Virus record (IMG/VR): IMGVR_UViG_3300043467_002020
Source of the DNA: an uncultured virus (IMG/VR IMGVR_UViG_3300043467_002020)
Lineage: Duplodnaviria; Heunggongvirae; Uroviricota; Caudoviricetes
Direction: 5' to 3' (one strand)
DNA: 64,000 nt
Part shown: one piece after another, positions 48,301 to 55,560 of the stretch
Layout of the letters: each line of letters starts with the position of its first letter
Numbering within the stretch: the first letter of the stretch is position 1
The notes under the pieces: model-generated
Told to the model about the DNA's origin: nothing
What the model saw: only the letters and a program-made list of their open reading frames with translations
Databases searched by the model: none
Translations under genes and position numbers: made by a program

Positions 48301-50883
48301 CCTTTATTCACTAGCTCGGACCCCAAAGACATGGCCGTTTACAAGGTCGACAACGTCGGACAGGCAATAGCGTTAATGGCCCTTGGTCATCACGTCAGCT
48401 TGGAATACTCTTCCGATGAAGCCATTGCCAAAAAACAAAAAGAGTCTTTGAATTTTGCAAAAACACTTCAAGAAGAATTTTTTAAAGATATTAAAAAAAT
48501 GGGCGAAGACGTTATTGCAAATAACGAAAAAGAATGGCTTGATTTTAAAGAAAAAGAAGAGAAAACAATTATCAAGAACGGCGGAGACCCTGCTGCTCTT
48601 CAGGAAGTGATAAAAAAGAATTTCCTGAACAAATTTACCGACAAATACAAAACAAATCTTTGCAATTTTTACGATGGAGACGAAAACGTCTTCTGTGGGA
48701 ATAATCTTGGTATTCCACGAGCAAAAATGCCACAGGCTGGTGGGCGCTTAGTTGGAGCGAATACTCGCGGAGCAGAGCTAGGTCTCGCTGGAGAGATTCC
48801 TCTCAAAAAAGTGACACACAAGCACATGGACCCTTATGGCATAAAGAAGTGGGAAGGCGAAGATAGATTTCAAGAAATTATGGCCAGGGTCAAAAAAGGC
48901 CCGGAATCGGCTTCCGCAATATCGGACGAAGATAGACAGTTCGTCATGGATAATCTGAATTGGGACGTTACTGAAATTGACGGAACGGGGATGATTAAAG
49001 AAATAATAAGAGGAAAACTGGGTGACGATGCAATAAAAGAAAATATTCCTGTCGACCCGTCCGAATACACTCCATCCCAACAGGAATTAGATGCCGTGCA
49101 AACTGACGGAATGCACGAATCACTAAAGGCTGCCGTCGAGCACTATACCAAAACGCTTACGGAAGGCGGAAAATACAAGAGGGGTACTAAAGAGTTTACC
49201 GATGCCTTAGTTCAAGCCCTAAAAGACGACGATGACACTGCTGCCAAGGCCTCTGGAAGACAGTTCGGCGCTCAGGGCATGATGGACCCTATTTTGGCAA
49301 CCTCGGACAAATACCTACTCGACGGACATCATAGATGGAGTGCTATTACCGTTTACAACGGAGAAGTAGACGACGACCAGAAAGTCCCCCTACATGTTGA
49401 CGAAGTTCAGACAGACATTGTAAGCGGTCTTACTTTAACAAAAGTACTTCAAAGAGGATTGGGACTCAAGGACGCAAAATTAACTGGAGCTGTCGATTTC
49501 GAGGAAGGCGACATTAAGAAAGTTGAAATTGGGGAAAGAGCCAGAGTGCTGAAGGAAATCAATGACAGTATGGATTCGCTTGCGGCCGACATTTATGCTG
49601 AAGGCGACTTTATTGAAATAGATTCAGTTGGCATGAGGAACAATCCTCAATACGCAGAAGAGATTCTAATGCGACAGCAAGATGCGCTGTCTAGGCCTGC
49701 TAAGCGAACGGCGAATGCAAGCCAATCTGCAGATTCACCAGATGCCGATACAGCCGACACTCTTTCTAGTGGCAGAACAAGCGTTGGTAACAGGGCGAGA
49801 CTTCGCTCCTCAACAGGCGGTGTCGGCGTGTCTTCCAGTCGCGAGTCAGAAGTTGAACCTGGAAGCACTGTTGGACTGTCCTCGGAAAACTACGCACGCG
49901 AATACTATTCACGCATCGGCATCCCGGATTCCGTAGACGGAGATTTGCTCCCAGTAAGCGGATATCTCGTGCATAAGTCCCACATGGATAAAAAGAAACA
50001 AGACGTAACGAAGGGTCGTTCTGGAAATCTAAGACCAGATGCTGTTTTTGAGATTGGCGACGAAGATGTCGTTGGAGATGGATTGACTGCCCTTGGCGAT
50101 ATTGAGATAGTTTTGCGGCCCGGTGTCTCAGAAAGAACCGCTTATGGACGCGGAAACTCAATCAGTTCTGCCCATAGGCCTGTGAGATTAAACTCAAGAA
50201 ATCGTGAAGATGTGGCGGACGCATTACTCAACTCCGATGGAGTCAGCGCTGACAGCAACCGACAAGATGCGTTCATCAATATGATTTCAGCATCGTTAAA
50301 TAACGATTTCTCAAATGTCAATGCCACACGCGGCAAAAACGGCAAAATGCCAAACTCATTTGAATCCAAACTCCCCGAGGGCTCTTCTCGTGAGCCTTTC
50401 GAAGCGCAAATACTTGGTGGATTTGACATTTCTGACGTAGAGCAAATAAACATACCTTTTAAAAGACTTGAAGCAGCTTCTGCAAAAGAAGACATCGGCG
50501 ATGTAGTGAATACTAAAACAATCGCAGACAGACTACGTTCTGCCGGATTTTCCCCCGAAGAAATTGAGTACTTTTACTCAATCGGTGGAGGTCAACTCAA
50601 CACGGAAAGTATGGCCATGTTGAGAAATTACAGAGCTTCACAAAAGATGAAAACTGATTTAGCTGGCCGTGGGTTTAACAATGTTAAATTTGCCCACCCA
50701 ACCGGATTCAATATTGAAGACCCGCGCTCTCACTCGAAAAGCCCTATTGGCGGAGATTCGGCCGAAGCTACACTCATTAGAGCAATAAGCGATGAAATTA
50801 TAAAAGCGGCAAAAGAATTGTTAGATGACATGAGAAAAACAAACAAGCCCACCCTCACTACGACAGCAGGGAGCTTGATGTGA
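42343..50883 (+). CDS. 2846-aa polyvalent protein: zincin (HEIAH) + degenerate VIP2-like ART + two tandem ParB-like units + DUF3626-like domain
   Basis: GAGGGGG RBS before GTG; HEIAH 44032-44046; DGHHRW at 47800 and 49321; 'EIVLRPGVSERT...GNS...FEAQILGGF...DVEQI'. Confidence 0.8.
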   Translation: MANTPAMRERVIVSAQLMVPSSCCGDFNEKAVLFRQSINSSLSTGKLQAELVTKTITEGFGIRVKADVDTDGKKREFTGDSRPGVESNEFGYRWETGGKWEPGSRLVLSPPFQSREGMGTEPNFGWLPPEDKSTTTFEEMLRAYREKPKIKLSKYKVNPRTDEVIPDSEKIIDPFGMAAGLTYEEKQQALRKNEKNTLEEKRLPGRSLESRVPGGSLLSRAAAVFGILRDENNKFRCPPGTPAANQFTDATGANCFGFSASKFSRFAARKAAELTAQGEYTGLRQNAADFFRWIHGPRSMRDPAIAEKCAYWGVKIPEWRNIAVPENLRLFKNGAIRGQDDIARQKAEVVRMYDALGIDADDPDAPVKALKKLKEMHSQTGGTAGWDVQVLDVSGKGDELLTDVEIKEFVKTRLSSTPGWNRLSSKEQERLLKSDFERYKTTQRAMLETLLDQFMTDPGSMRGVGRIEFNFMTDDEAGTSFYRTQNGMKTAIHINMGMISANQETMLPNMGGDERLAISAIGARSEAEGRLAVADFMVNADHTARGMAGLLDGVYGFSSHIMLHEIAHHKQSQVFLDKIQKEITEKGFISVAVRNKKGAVVGEREVKNINSLTGSDLMSIMTGIADSINIESLNDAMTRIQAIAPLAGAYPRDGYAVGSEVWALEASAEIWALRERGIIFGDDVDAALEWMDNMSFSVAARDRTASDDTDGQRKLDDVFDIPADPVDPGSVSDEDIDARATAAIREEIKRFKTEFSKFSEDEMFEEAAIIGSQRDVSARQVESLEAIEIDPSLPEDERDARELLKAQAVKDAKREFDFHTKRYDEASKIWRKKFGIGASGEKKRFEDEVYSIRKREGLLDSKEMADIARRADLDDLRDRVKSMPEKKTISLLVDDKVKLSKLDPSSEEFKKLADEIEVIREQYVENMKAAGDTRTKAQIKKDLDKKVNDTINPPSKPKKKFKSADEARKHGAKERARVKATPEQKKAMKELGDVAESDVGMLLDPVSQTRAGRAINKRNARLKKLGLKVDKTSSEEGDVVQQVENLLIPTMEAIDGTSVGEPFEMEAIIDFKPGDVGYQRSQGKEVSLDQFISGRVITSRTKKTEMPARGKRDPKSGTTKRRVILSVREKDRGLFPTTGGDSEQKFVAPPGRIRITNIDNDGTIRAEISYQKDTVEVVDSLAENLSKNTTDAIWARSHGKKIQAMADKYVTKRRSSGKAGPGPRSDSDESASTKSKATLDKVTDAGGSFADYDDAPAGPSLSSGATRPDGVLGKPSTRQQRTESRTAASSSIIRNIKDVLGGGGKDGTISRGDIHPEVAKFIADTPEEEIIAKAAETAYRMHEGFDRRVRVRATDSDIDKLASGAGVRSPFSGSSADSSRPTRRAQRLAQMGPEERSERLSSGRTIDTSGNLAERRRQEGDIAKKALDVFNDVIDSGTNINDMSDDEISKKFGGVVKRSARSSISEKDSNLYEVDDVHTAVAMMMLGHHVEVKEQDIRLTEQAQKVFEKEVKKVAKNHIKDNHPKWRSFQEDYAKRNPDADLDDPETRKSMEGEYVGNYQADLCSLYNPANNLMCSGHIGIDREKMPQTNGRSSGHKTKAIRALKNGVAAGKWEPLKDANDNSLVSRDRGLEIEFADELDKAVKKQNAKRAEQGKPPVSDEEISGILYGIIADKHSLKNEMGGKTAAEHREDSFSKLSDRAKEWLYENTNWNDTEVNLETPFIDWLNGLIKVSDPENGPAVRRRDVDPSEYAPSQQQIVASKADGTAQTIQEKAIEVAEKIRKDNPKISDKDFRDKYLEEMKKEWFMQPILTTKDSYILDGHHRWAGIVVGNRSLSEELQLPLSANEVQTDIIEGLTLGKVFQDAFGIKEARLGAENPWEVGEIEDMSAAEFADIAKDLTDNAPSLIDAKYEQGDYIQLGSVGLTNNPDYAARSKERQATAARDETRKIASDVVGKIRARGKPLHEYTPEELKEDFGDSIKPSDLKPLFTSSDPKDMAVYKVDNVGQAIALMALGHHVSLEYSSDEAIAKKQKESLNFAKTLQEEFFKDIKKMGEDVIANNEKEWLDFKEKEEKTIIKNGGDPAALQEVIKKNFLNKFTDKYKTNLCNFYDGDENVFCGNNLGIPRAKMPQAGGRLVGANTRGAELGLAGEIPLKKVTHKHMDPYGIKKWEGEDRFQEIMARVKKGPESASAISDEDRQFVMDNLNWDVTEIDGTGMIKEIIRGKLGDDAIKENIPVDPSEYTPSQQELDAVQTDGMHESLKAAVEHYTKTLTEGGKYKRGTKEFTDALVQALKDDDDTAAKASGRQFGAQGMMDPILATSDKYLLDGHHRWSAITVYNGEVDDDQKVPLHVDEVQTDIVSGLTLTKVLQRGLGLKDAKLTGAVDFEEGDIKKVEIGERARVLKEINDSMDSLAADIYAEGDFIEIDSVGMRNNPQYAEEILMRQQDALSRPAKRTANASQSADSPDADTADTLSSGRTSVGNRARLRSSTGGVGVSSSRESEVEPGSTVGLSSENYAREYYSRIGIPDSVDGDLLPVSGYLVHKSHMDKKKQDVTKGRSGNLRPDAVFEIGDEDVVGDGLTALGDIEIVLRPGVSERTAYGRGNSISSAHRPVRLNSRNREDVADALLNSDGVSADSNRQDAFINMISASLNNDFSNVNATRGKNGKMPNSFESKLPEGSSREPFEAQILGGFDISDVEQINIPFKRLEAASAKEDIGDVVNTKTIADRLRSAGFSPEEIEYFYSIGGGQLNTESMAMLRNYRASQKMKTDLAGRGFNNVKFAHPTGFNIEDPRSHSKSPIGGDSAEATLIRAISDEIIKAAKELLDDMRKTNKPTLTTTAGSLM

Positions 50884-51395
50884 AGTCAGTACTGGTTGGT
50901 CTCTTAAACGATAGTCGTGTCTATTACGACCTAGACGCAAAGCCTGGAGACAAAGACGCAATAATCGAACGTTCTGACGGCTCTGCATTGAAAGCTGACA
51001 TCATTCACCTCTCGAGTACTGCTCGGAATTTTACAAAACTTCGCACCACTCCATTTCAGAGATTTATGTGGGACGCCCCCAAAAGACCAACATCTGGCGC
51101 ATGGTATGAAACTTTTATAACCAAAACAAGACCAGTCAAAGATTCAATGCTTGAGTCAATGCCTTCGCATGCTGTTGTCGGCAAAAATAAGAAAAAGATT
51201 GACAAAACAAAACGCGCAGTCAAATCATTTATCTCGGAAACCATTGAACAGAGCATGCTTACGAAGTCATGCTGCAATCAAATGGTAAAGTTAAATGCAA
51301 ATAACTTTATTTTCAAAACCGCGGAAGAACGAGATTTCGCATGGCGGGCTACAAAAACGCTTCGCCAACTAGAGGAGCAGCAAGATGTCGGATAA
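50880..51395 (+). CDS. hypothetical head-block protein
   Basis: GTGA overlap with the upstream stop; GGAG RBS. Confidence 0.7.
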   Translation: MKSVLVGLLNDSRVYYDLDAKPGDKDAIIERSDGSALKADIIHLSSTARNFTKLRTTPFQRFMWDAPKRPTSGAWYETFITKTRPVKDSMLESMPSHAVVGKNKKKIDKTKRAVKSFISETIEQSMLTKSCCNQMVKLNANNFIFKTAEERDFAWRATKTLRQLEEQQDVG

Positions 51396-52041
51396 CGAGC
51401 TAATTAAAGCGGACCCGCTTGGTGGCATGCTGCCGCAAGAGCTTGTTACTGGTGATGTCCTGCGTGGCTACGGCCCTCGGAGAGGCAACCTCGAGCGTCT
51501 TCTTAGGTACTGGCGTCCGATAATGAAAAAGCCCGGTGGCTTCAGACGATGTAGGGTCATTCTCGCCAATCACCCCGAGCTATATCCGTTGAACAATATC
51601 TGCGCATGGCTGCACCATGAGACGACTGGACTGTGGCCGAATGAAGGATGCCATCATCCAGGGATGAAAAATTGCCGCAAAAAATTTAGAAAACTCACCA
51701 ATTGGACAGACTCTCAATTTGCGTCAGCGCTTGACGGGAAAAAACCCAAAAACATAATTCGGAATTCTGGGAAGAGCGCGGACTCATCACTTAATTCGGA
51801 TATTTTTTTCTACGAGCATTCAGAAATTGAGTCCAAAACAGAACAAAATTTCGTAGTTACCGAGTCTGACATAATGCATGCAATAAAAGTTTTAGGTGAA
51901 TTTTCTGAAATGGAACCCAAATTTATCAAATTTCTTCAAGATGAAAATAACTGGCAAATAGAAGGCGAAGATGAGAACGGCAAAAAGGCGTACTCTGTAG
52001 TTATTCGTACCACGTCTCTGGAAGAGGAATGTTGTGGCTGA
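51385..52041 (+). CDS. hypothetical protein with Cys/His domain seen in actinophage head proteins
   Basis: 'GNLERLLRYW...PGGFRRC...NICAWLHHETTGLWP'; GAGGAG RBS. Confidence 0.7.
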   Translation: MSDNELIKADPLGGMLPQELVTGDVLRGYGPRRGNLERLLRYWRPIMKKPGGFRRCRVILANHPELYPLNNICAWLHHETTGLWPNEGCHHPGMKNCRKKFRKLTNWTDSQFASALDGKKPKNIIRNSGKSADSSLNSDIFFYEHSEIESKTEQNFVVTESDIMHAIKVLGEFSEMEPKFIKFLQDENNWQIEGEDENGKKAYSVVIRTTSLEEECCG

Positions 52042-54055
52042 TTTTCAGGAATGCTGTGGAGACAGTGAGGTTCTCGTAACTCGAGTTATTCTGTTCGATG
52101 CTGCTACAAAACAAAACCTAGATTACCTGCGTGGTGTGAAGACGTCTTCCCAGGGGGCGACAGAGTACAAGGCCCTATCAAAGAGGTTTAATAACACTCG
52201 GCGGACTAAGCGAGACCCCTATTTAAATGAAATGCAATTCAAGGCCAATACTGGTCGCCAAATTGCAAGCACGATTCGCAGTACCCTCCTCCCTGGAGAC
52301 ACGGGTCCGTTGAGGTCTCCCGTCCGTTCTGCTTTTTATCGGACCATAACACCAGGACGACCTGGTGGTCGTGGTGGCTCTCTCCCTGGACAAAATAGGG
52401 CTCATAGATGCCCAGAGGGCTACCAGTACGGCGGAAGGTTCACTGACAACCGCCTTTCTACATGCGGGGCAAAACTGTTTGGAATACCCTCTGCTTTAGG
52501 TGCTGCGATAAGTGCTGGGCGACGAGCATTGACTTCTGGAATAACCCCAGAAACAACAGGAAGGGACATAACTGGGGCACCGTACGACAGCTCAATCATC
52601 CTCTCCAGGGCTCCACAAATCCCTAAAGTTACGTACGATAATCCCAAAACAGCAGCGTCAAGACTGAATGATTCAATCAAGTCCATAGGCGCGTTTAATA
52701 AGGATTCTGGCATCAAGGTGCGCCGCATGGTGAGGCGTGACGGCTTCGTGCTTGAACCGGTAGTTCCAAACAAAGTTTTGAGAGCAATCCCAGACAACAG
52801 AGACATGGAGGGGGCATTATTTATAATGTCAGCGCTTTCACCAAAGGATATTGGCGGCGAAGAGCTTGGTCTTCTGTCAAATACTGGTGTCAAGTCCTTG
52901 GTCTATGTTCTCCCCGGGGGCTCATATCTGAGATTAGAAAAAGCTAGGAAATTGGAAATTGGAGAGCGAAGAAAACTAGGACGCGTTGTCAATCAGGCCA
53001 TGGCCATGGATAATTCGCGCGACCCGGCCAAAAGACTACGTAATGTTGCCGAAGAGATAGGAGACGGTCTCAAATATTCCGAATCTTTTACTGGTGTCAA
53101 AAACCCCAATGAAGTTATAAAGGGGAGAATGAGCTGGGCGTCTCAGGTCTGGGGCAAGAGACTTTCGTCGATGACCGAGTCTTCGTCCGTAAGAAATACC
53201 GAATCATTTGGACCACGACGCAAACTCATAAAAAGCGTGGATGAAGCTATTCAATTTATTGTTGATGGGGGAAGCCTTTCTTCGGTTGACCCTTCAATCA
53301 TGCCCAAGATACTCGCAAAAGCTGGAGTAGTACAAAGACAGAGATTAGCCAACAACATTAGCGCTATATCCACCCCGTCAGAAAGTCTTTTTCTTTACGA
53401 AAAGCCATCCAAGTTTCAACATATTGCCGAAAGATTTGCATCAGATGTGCAGCAGTCTCTTGGGCTGGAATCTCCAGACGTCGTCTTTGCATCAAAGCAG
53501 GGTGATTCACGTCAGTTTCTGCGTCAAGAGGTAACTGCGGCAATACCTGGAGCCGTTTTCAATCCGGATGCGAAATTCAACGAGCTCGACCCTCAGGACG
53601 TGGCGGCAATGTTTGTGTCAGATTTCCTCACCGACCAGCGCGAACGTCCGATGACGTCTATATACACGCTAGATACCCCTGACGCTCGAAGGCTCGTACT
53701 GGGGCAAAACTCCACATCCGGATTAATAGACTTGTCTAAAATTGAAATTACGAATCGCATGAAAATGACGCTCAGCGAATTTTATAGTTCACAAGCAACT
53801 CCGGCATATTCCGATTATTACCAAGCACTAAAAGCCGAACAAAGATTGTTGTTTATGAAATATCTAAACATCCTAATAAATAGAGCAAGGAAATTCAATC
53901 CTAAAAATTTCAACGACTCGATGAATCAATATGGTATTTCCGAAGGAGAAAGAATACATATGAATATCATTGGGAAGCTATTCGAAGTACGCCTTGAAGG
54001 TTTGCAAAGTGGTAAAAACAGCCTAAAACTACTGTTCTCTGGAGGCAATGTATGA
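52034..54055 (+). CDS. multidomain head-block protein with degenerate JAB-like and HipA/PI-kinase-like domains
   Basis: RCPEGYQYGGRFTD motif; 'AERFASDVQQSLGLESPDV...VSDFLTDQRERP'. Confidence 0.6.
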   Translation: MADFQECCGDSEVLVTRVILFDAATKQNLDYLRGVKTSSQGATEYKALSKRFNNTRRTKRDPYLNEMQFKANTGRQIASTIRSTLLPGDTGPLRSPVRSAFYRTITPGRPGGRGGSLPGQNRAHRCPEGYQYGGRFTDNRLSTCGAKLFGIPSALGAAISAGRRALTSGITPETTGRDITGAPYDSSIILSRAPQIPKVTYDNPKTAASRLNDSIKSIGAFNKDSGIKVRRMVRRDGFVLEPVVPNKVLRAIPDNRDMEGALFIMSALSPKDIGGEELGLLSNTGVKSLVYVLPGGSYLRLEKARKLEIGERRKLGRVVNQAMAMDNSRDPAKRLRNVAEEIGDGLKYSESFTGVKNPNEVIKGRMSWASQVWGKRLSSMTESSSVRNTESFGPRRKLIKSVDEAIQFIVDGGSLSSVDPSIMPKILAKAGVVQRQRLANNISAISTPSESLFLYEKPSKFQHIAERFASDVQQSLGLESPDVVFASKQGDSRQFLRQEVTAAIPGAVFNPDAKFNELDPQDVAAMFVSDFLTDQRERPMTSIYTLDTPDARRLVLGQNSTSGLIDLSKIEITNRMKMTLSEFYSSQATPAYSDYYQALKAEQRLLFMKYLNILINRARKFNPKNFNDSMNQYGISEGERIHMNIIGKLFEVRLEGLQSGKNSLKLLFSGGNV

Positions 54056-54744
54056 AAATTGGTTTCATAAAAGACGTATTTAGTGGAATGCCGCACGTTA
54101 TGGCATCGATGGAAAATGAAGTTATTCACGTAAAATCGATTACTGAATTTGGTAAATCAATTATTGAAGATTTTGATTTTGATGAAAAAAACATTGGTGC
54201 AAACGTGCCTGTTGGTTGCGTTTTTACTGGATTTTTTGCTGACAAAAATAATCTCCAAGTGCCAGAAAAAGAAAACCAGGTTAAGCAAGAAAATTTTACA
54301 TATGCCAGAAAATCAATAAATGACATATCGCATCGAAAAATTAATGCGATTGGACTAGAAATGAATAAGTTCACAAACAGCACTAACAAAATTAATGCTA
54401 TTGCATTCAAAGCTGAATCATTCAAGAATTCTGTGCGCAGGTCTAACTTCATCCGAAGAATACATAGCGGGAAGATAATTTTTAACGAAAAAATGGGGCG
54501 GATTGAACTAAATCCAAAGTTTGCCTTTAGCAGTATCGAGAAAGAAGTTCTTAATTCTTCTTTCGGCAAGAGTTTCATTAGAAAATCAGCCGATAAAGAA
54601 ATAATGCAAAGTAGCGATAAGCGTAGAGTCGCACGCAGGGCAAAGGTCCTTCTTGGGCTAGCAGGCGGAGAACGTTCTCCTGAAAAACAACAAATTTCAG
54701 AACGAATACAAAAAGCCCGCAGGCAGGTCAAAAATGGCAAGTAA
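54052..54744 (+). CDS. hypothetical protein
   Basis: ATGA coupling; GGAGG RBS. Confidence 0.7.
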   Translation: MKIGFIKDVFSGMPHVMASMENEVIHVKSITEFGKSIIEDFDFDEKNIGANVPVGCVFTGFFADKNNLQVPEKENQVKQENFTYARKSINDISHRKINAIGLEMNKFTNSTNKINAIAFKAESFKNSVRRSNFIRRIHSGKIIFNEKMGRIELNPKFAFSSIEKEVLNSSFGKSFIRKSADKEIMQSSDKRRVARRAKVLLGLAGGERSPEKQQISERIQKARRQVKNGK

Positions 54745-55396
54745 AAAAGATTTGGTAAAAAAGGCTGACGCCCTGCGTCTAGCTAAAGATATTGGCTGTT
54801 CTGGTGCCCACAAGGACCGCAAAGGAAATTGGATACCTTGTGAATCAATAGAGGAACTAGAAAGAATATCCAATACTGCCGAAACATCAAAATGGCGAAC
54901 CGTGGTTCCTGGTTCAAAATCATCAAAGGAACGTACCAAGGGGAAAAATAAACGCCGGCCTGACGGCTGGGAAAACCTAAGAGAAAAGCCAATCCGTGGC
55001 ATTGAGTCACTCCCTGGCGTGGGGCTCGTTTCAGGCTCTTCATTTAATTCAAAATCACTTAACTGCTGTGGCACGAAAGGGGCCGGACCTGAATTCGTAC
55101 GCGACAATGATGTCGATGTGTTCTTGGATGCAGACTCAGCGAGGGCTCGTTCCCGTCAAATCGGATGCATAGGTATTAGTAGGCGAATAAGCAAGTCTGG
55201 GCGCACGGTTTGGATGCCATGTACCAATATGAGCGATTATTCAAACAGGACTGGTTCTACTGATTTAGGGCGCAGAAACATGCGGAATCGTCGCGAAGAA
55301 GAGACGCGACGTGCAGTAAGAACAGTTCTAAGAGAGACTTCTAAGCCAAATGTAGCGAGAAAAAGTTCGCTAGCAAAAGAACTACGTATTAAATAA
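54734..55396 (+). CDS. basic protein with two DUF3721-like IGCxG...W[IM]PC repeats
   Basis: 'AKDIGCSGAH...WIPC' and 'SRQIGCIG...WMPC'. Confidence 0.65.
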   Translation: MASKKDLVKKADALRLAKDIGCSGAHKDRKGNWIPCESIEELERISNTAETSKWRTVVPGSKSSKERTKGKNKRRPDGWENLREKPIRGIESLPGVGLVSGSSFNSKSLNCCGTKGAGPEFVRDNDVDVFLDADSARARSRQIGCIGISRRISKSGRTVWMPCTNMSDYSNRTGSTDLGRRNMRNRREEETRRAVRTVLRETSKPNVARKSSLAKELRIK

Positions 55397-55435
55397 TACT
55401 TCATCTATTTACGTACTTTAATTGCAAAATATTAT

Positions 55436-55471
55436 TAGTTCCACTGGAGAGTGTAAATCATCTGTTATTTT
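55436..55471 (+). promoter_or_regulatory. putative late promoter (TAGTTCCAC-N21-TATTTT) upstream of the capsid gene
   Basis: shared motif and spacing; followed by a (CAA)n leader and GAGGAG RBS. Confidence 0.55.
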
Positions 55472-55560
55472 TGATTATACATAGTGCTGGGTGCTGACCT
55501 AAGCCTAGATAAACAACAACAACAACAACCCAACACTCAATCTCAACAGAGGAGAAACAA

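Noticed and set aside
54126..54740. 204-aa minus-strand ORF
   Set aside because: Fully antisense to a translationally coupled plus-strand gene; no RBS or motif.
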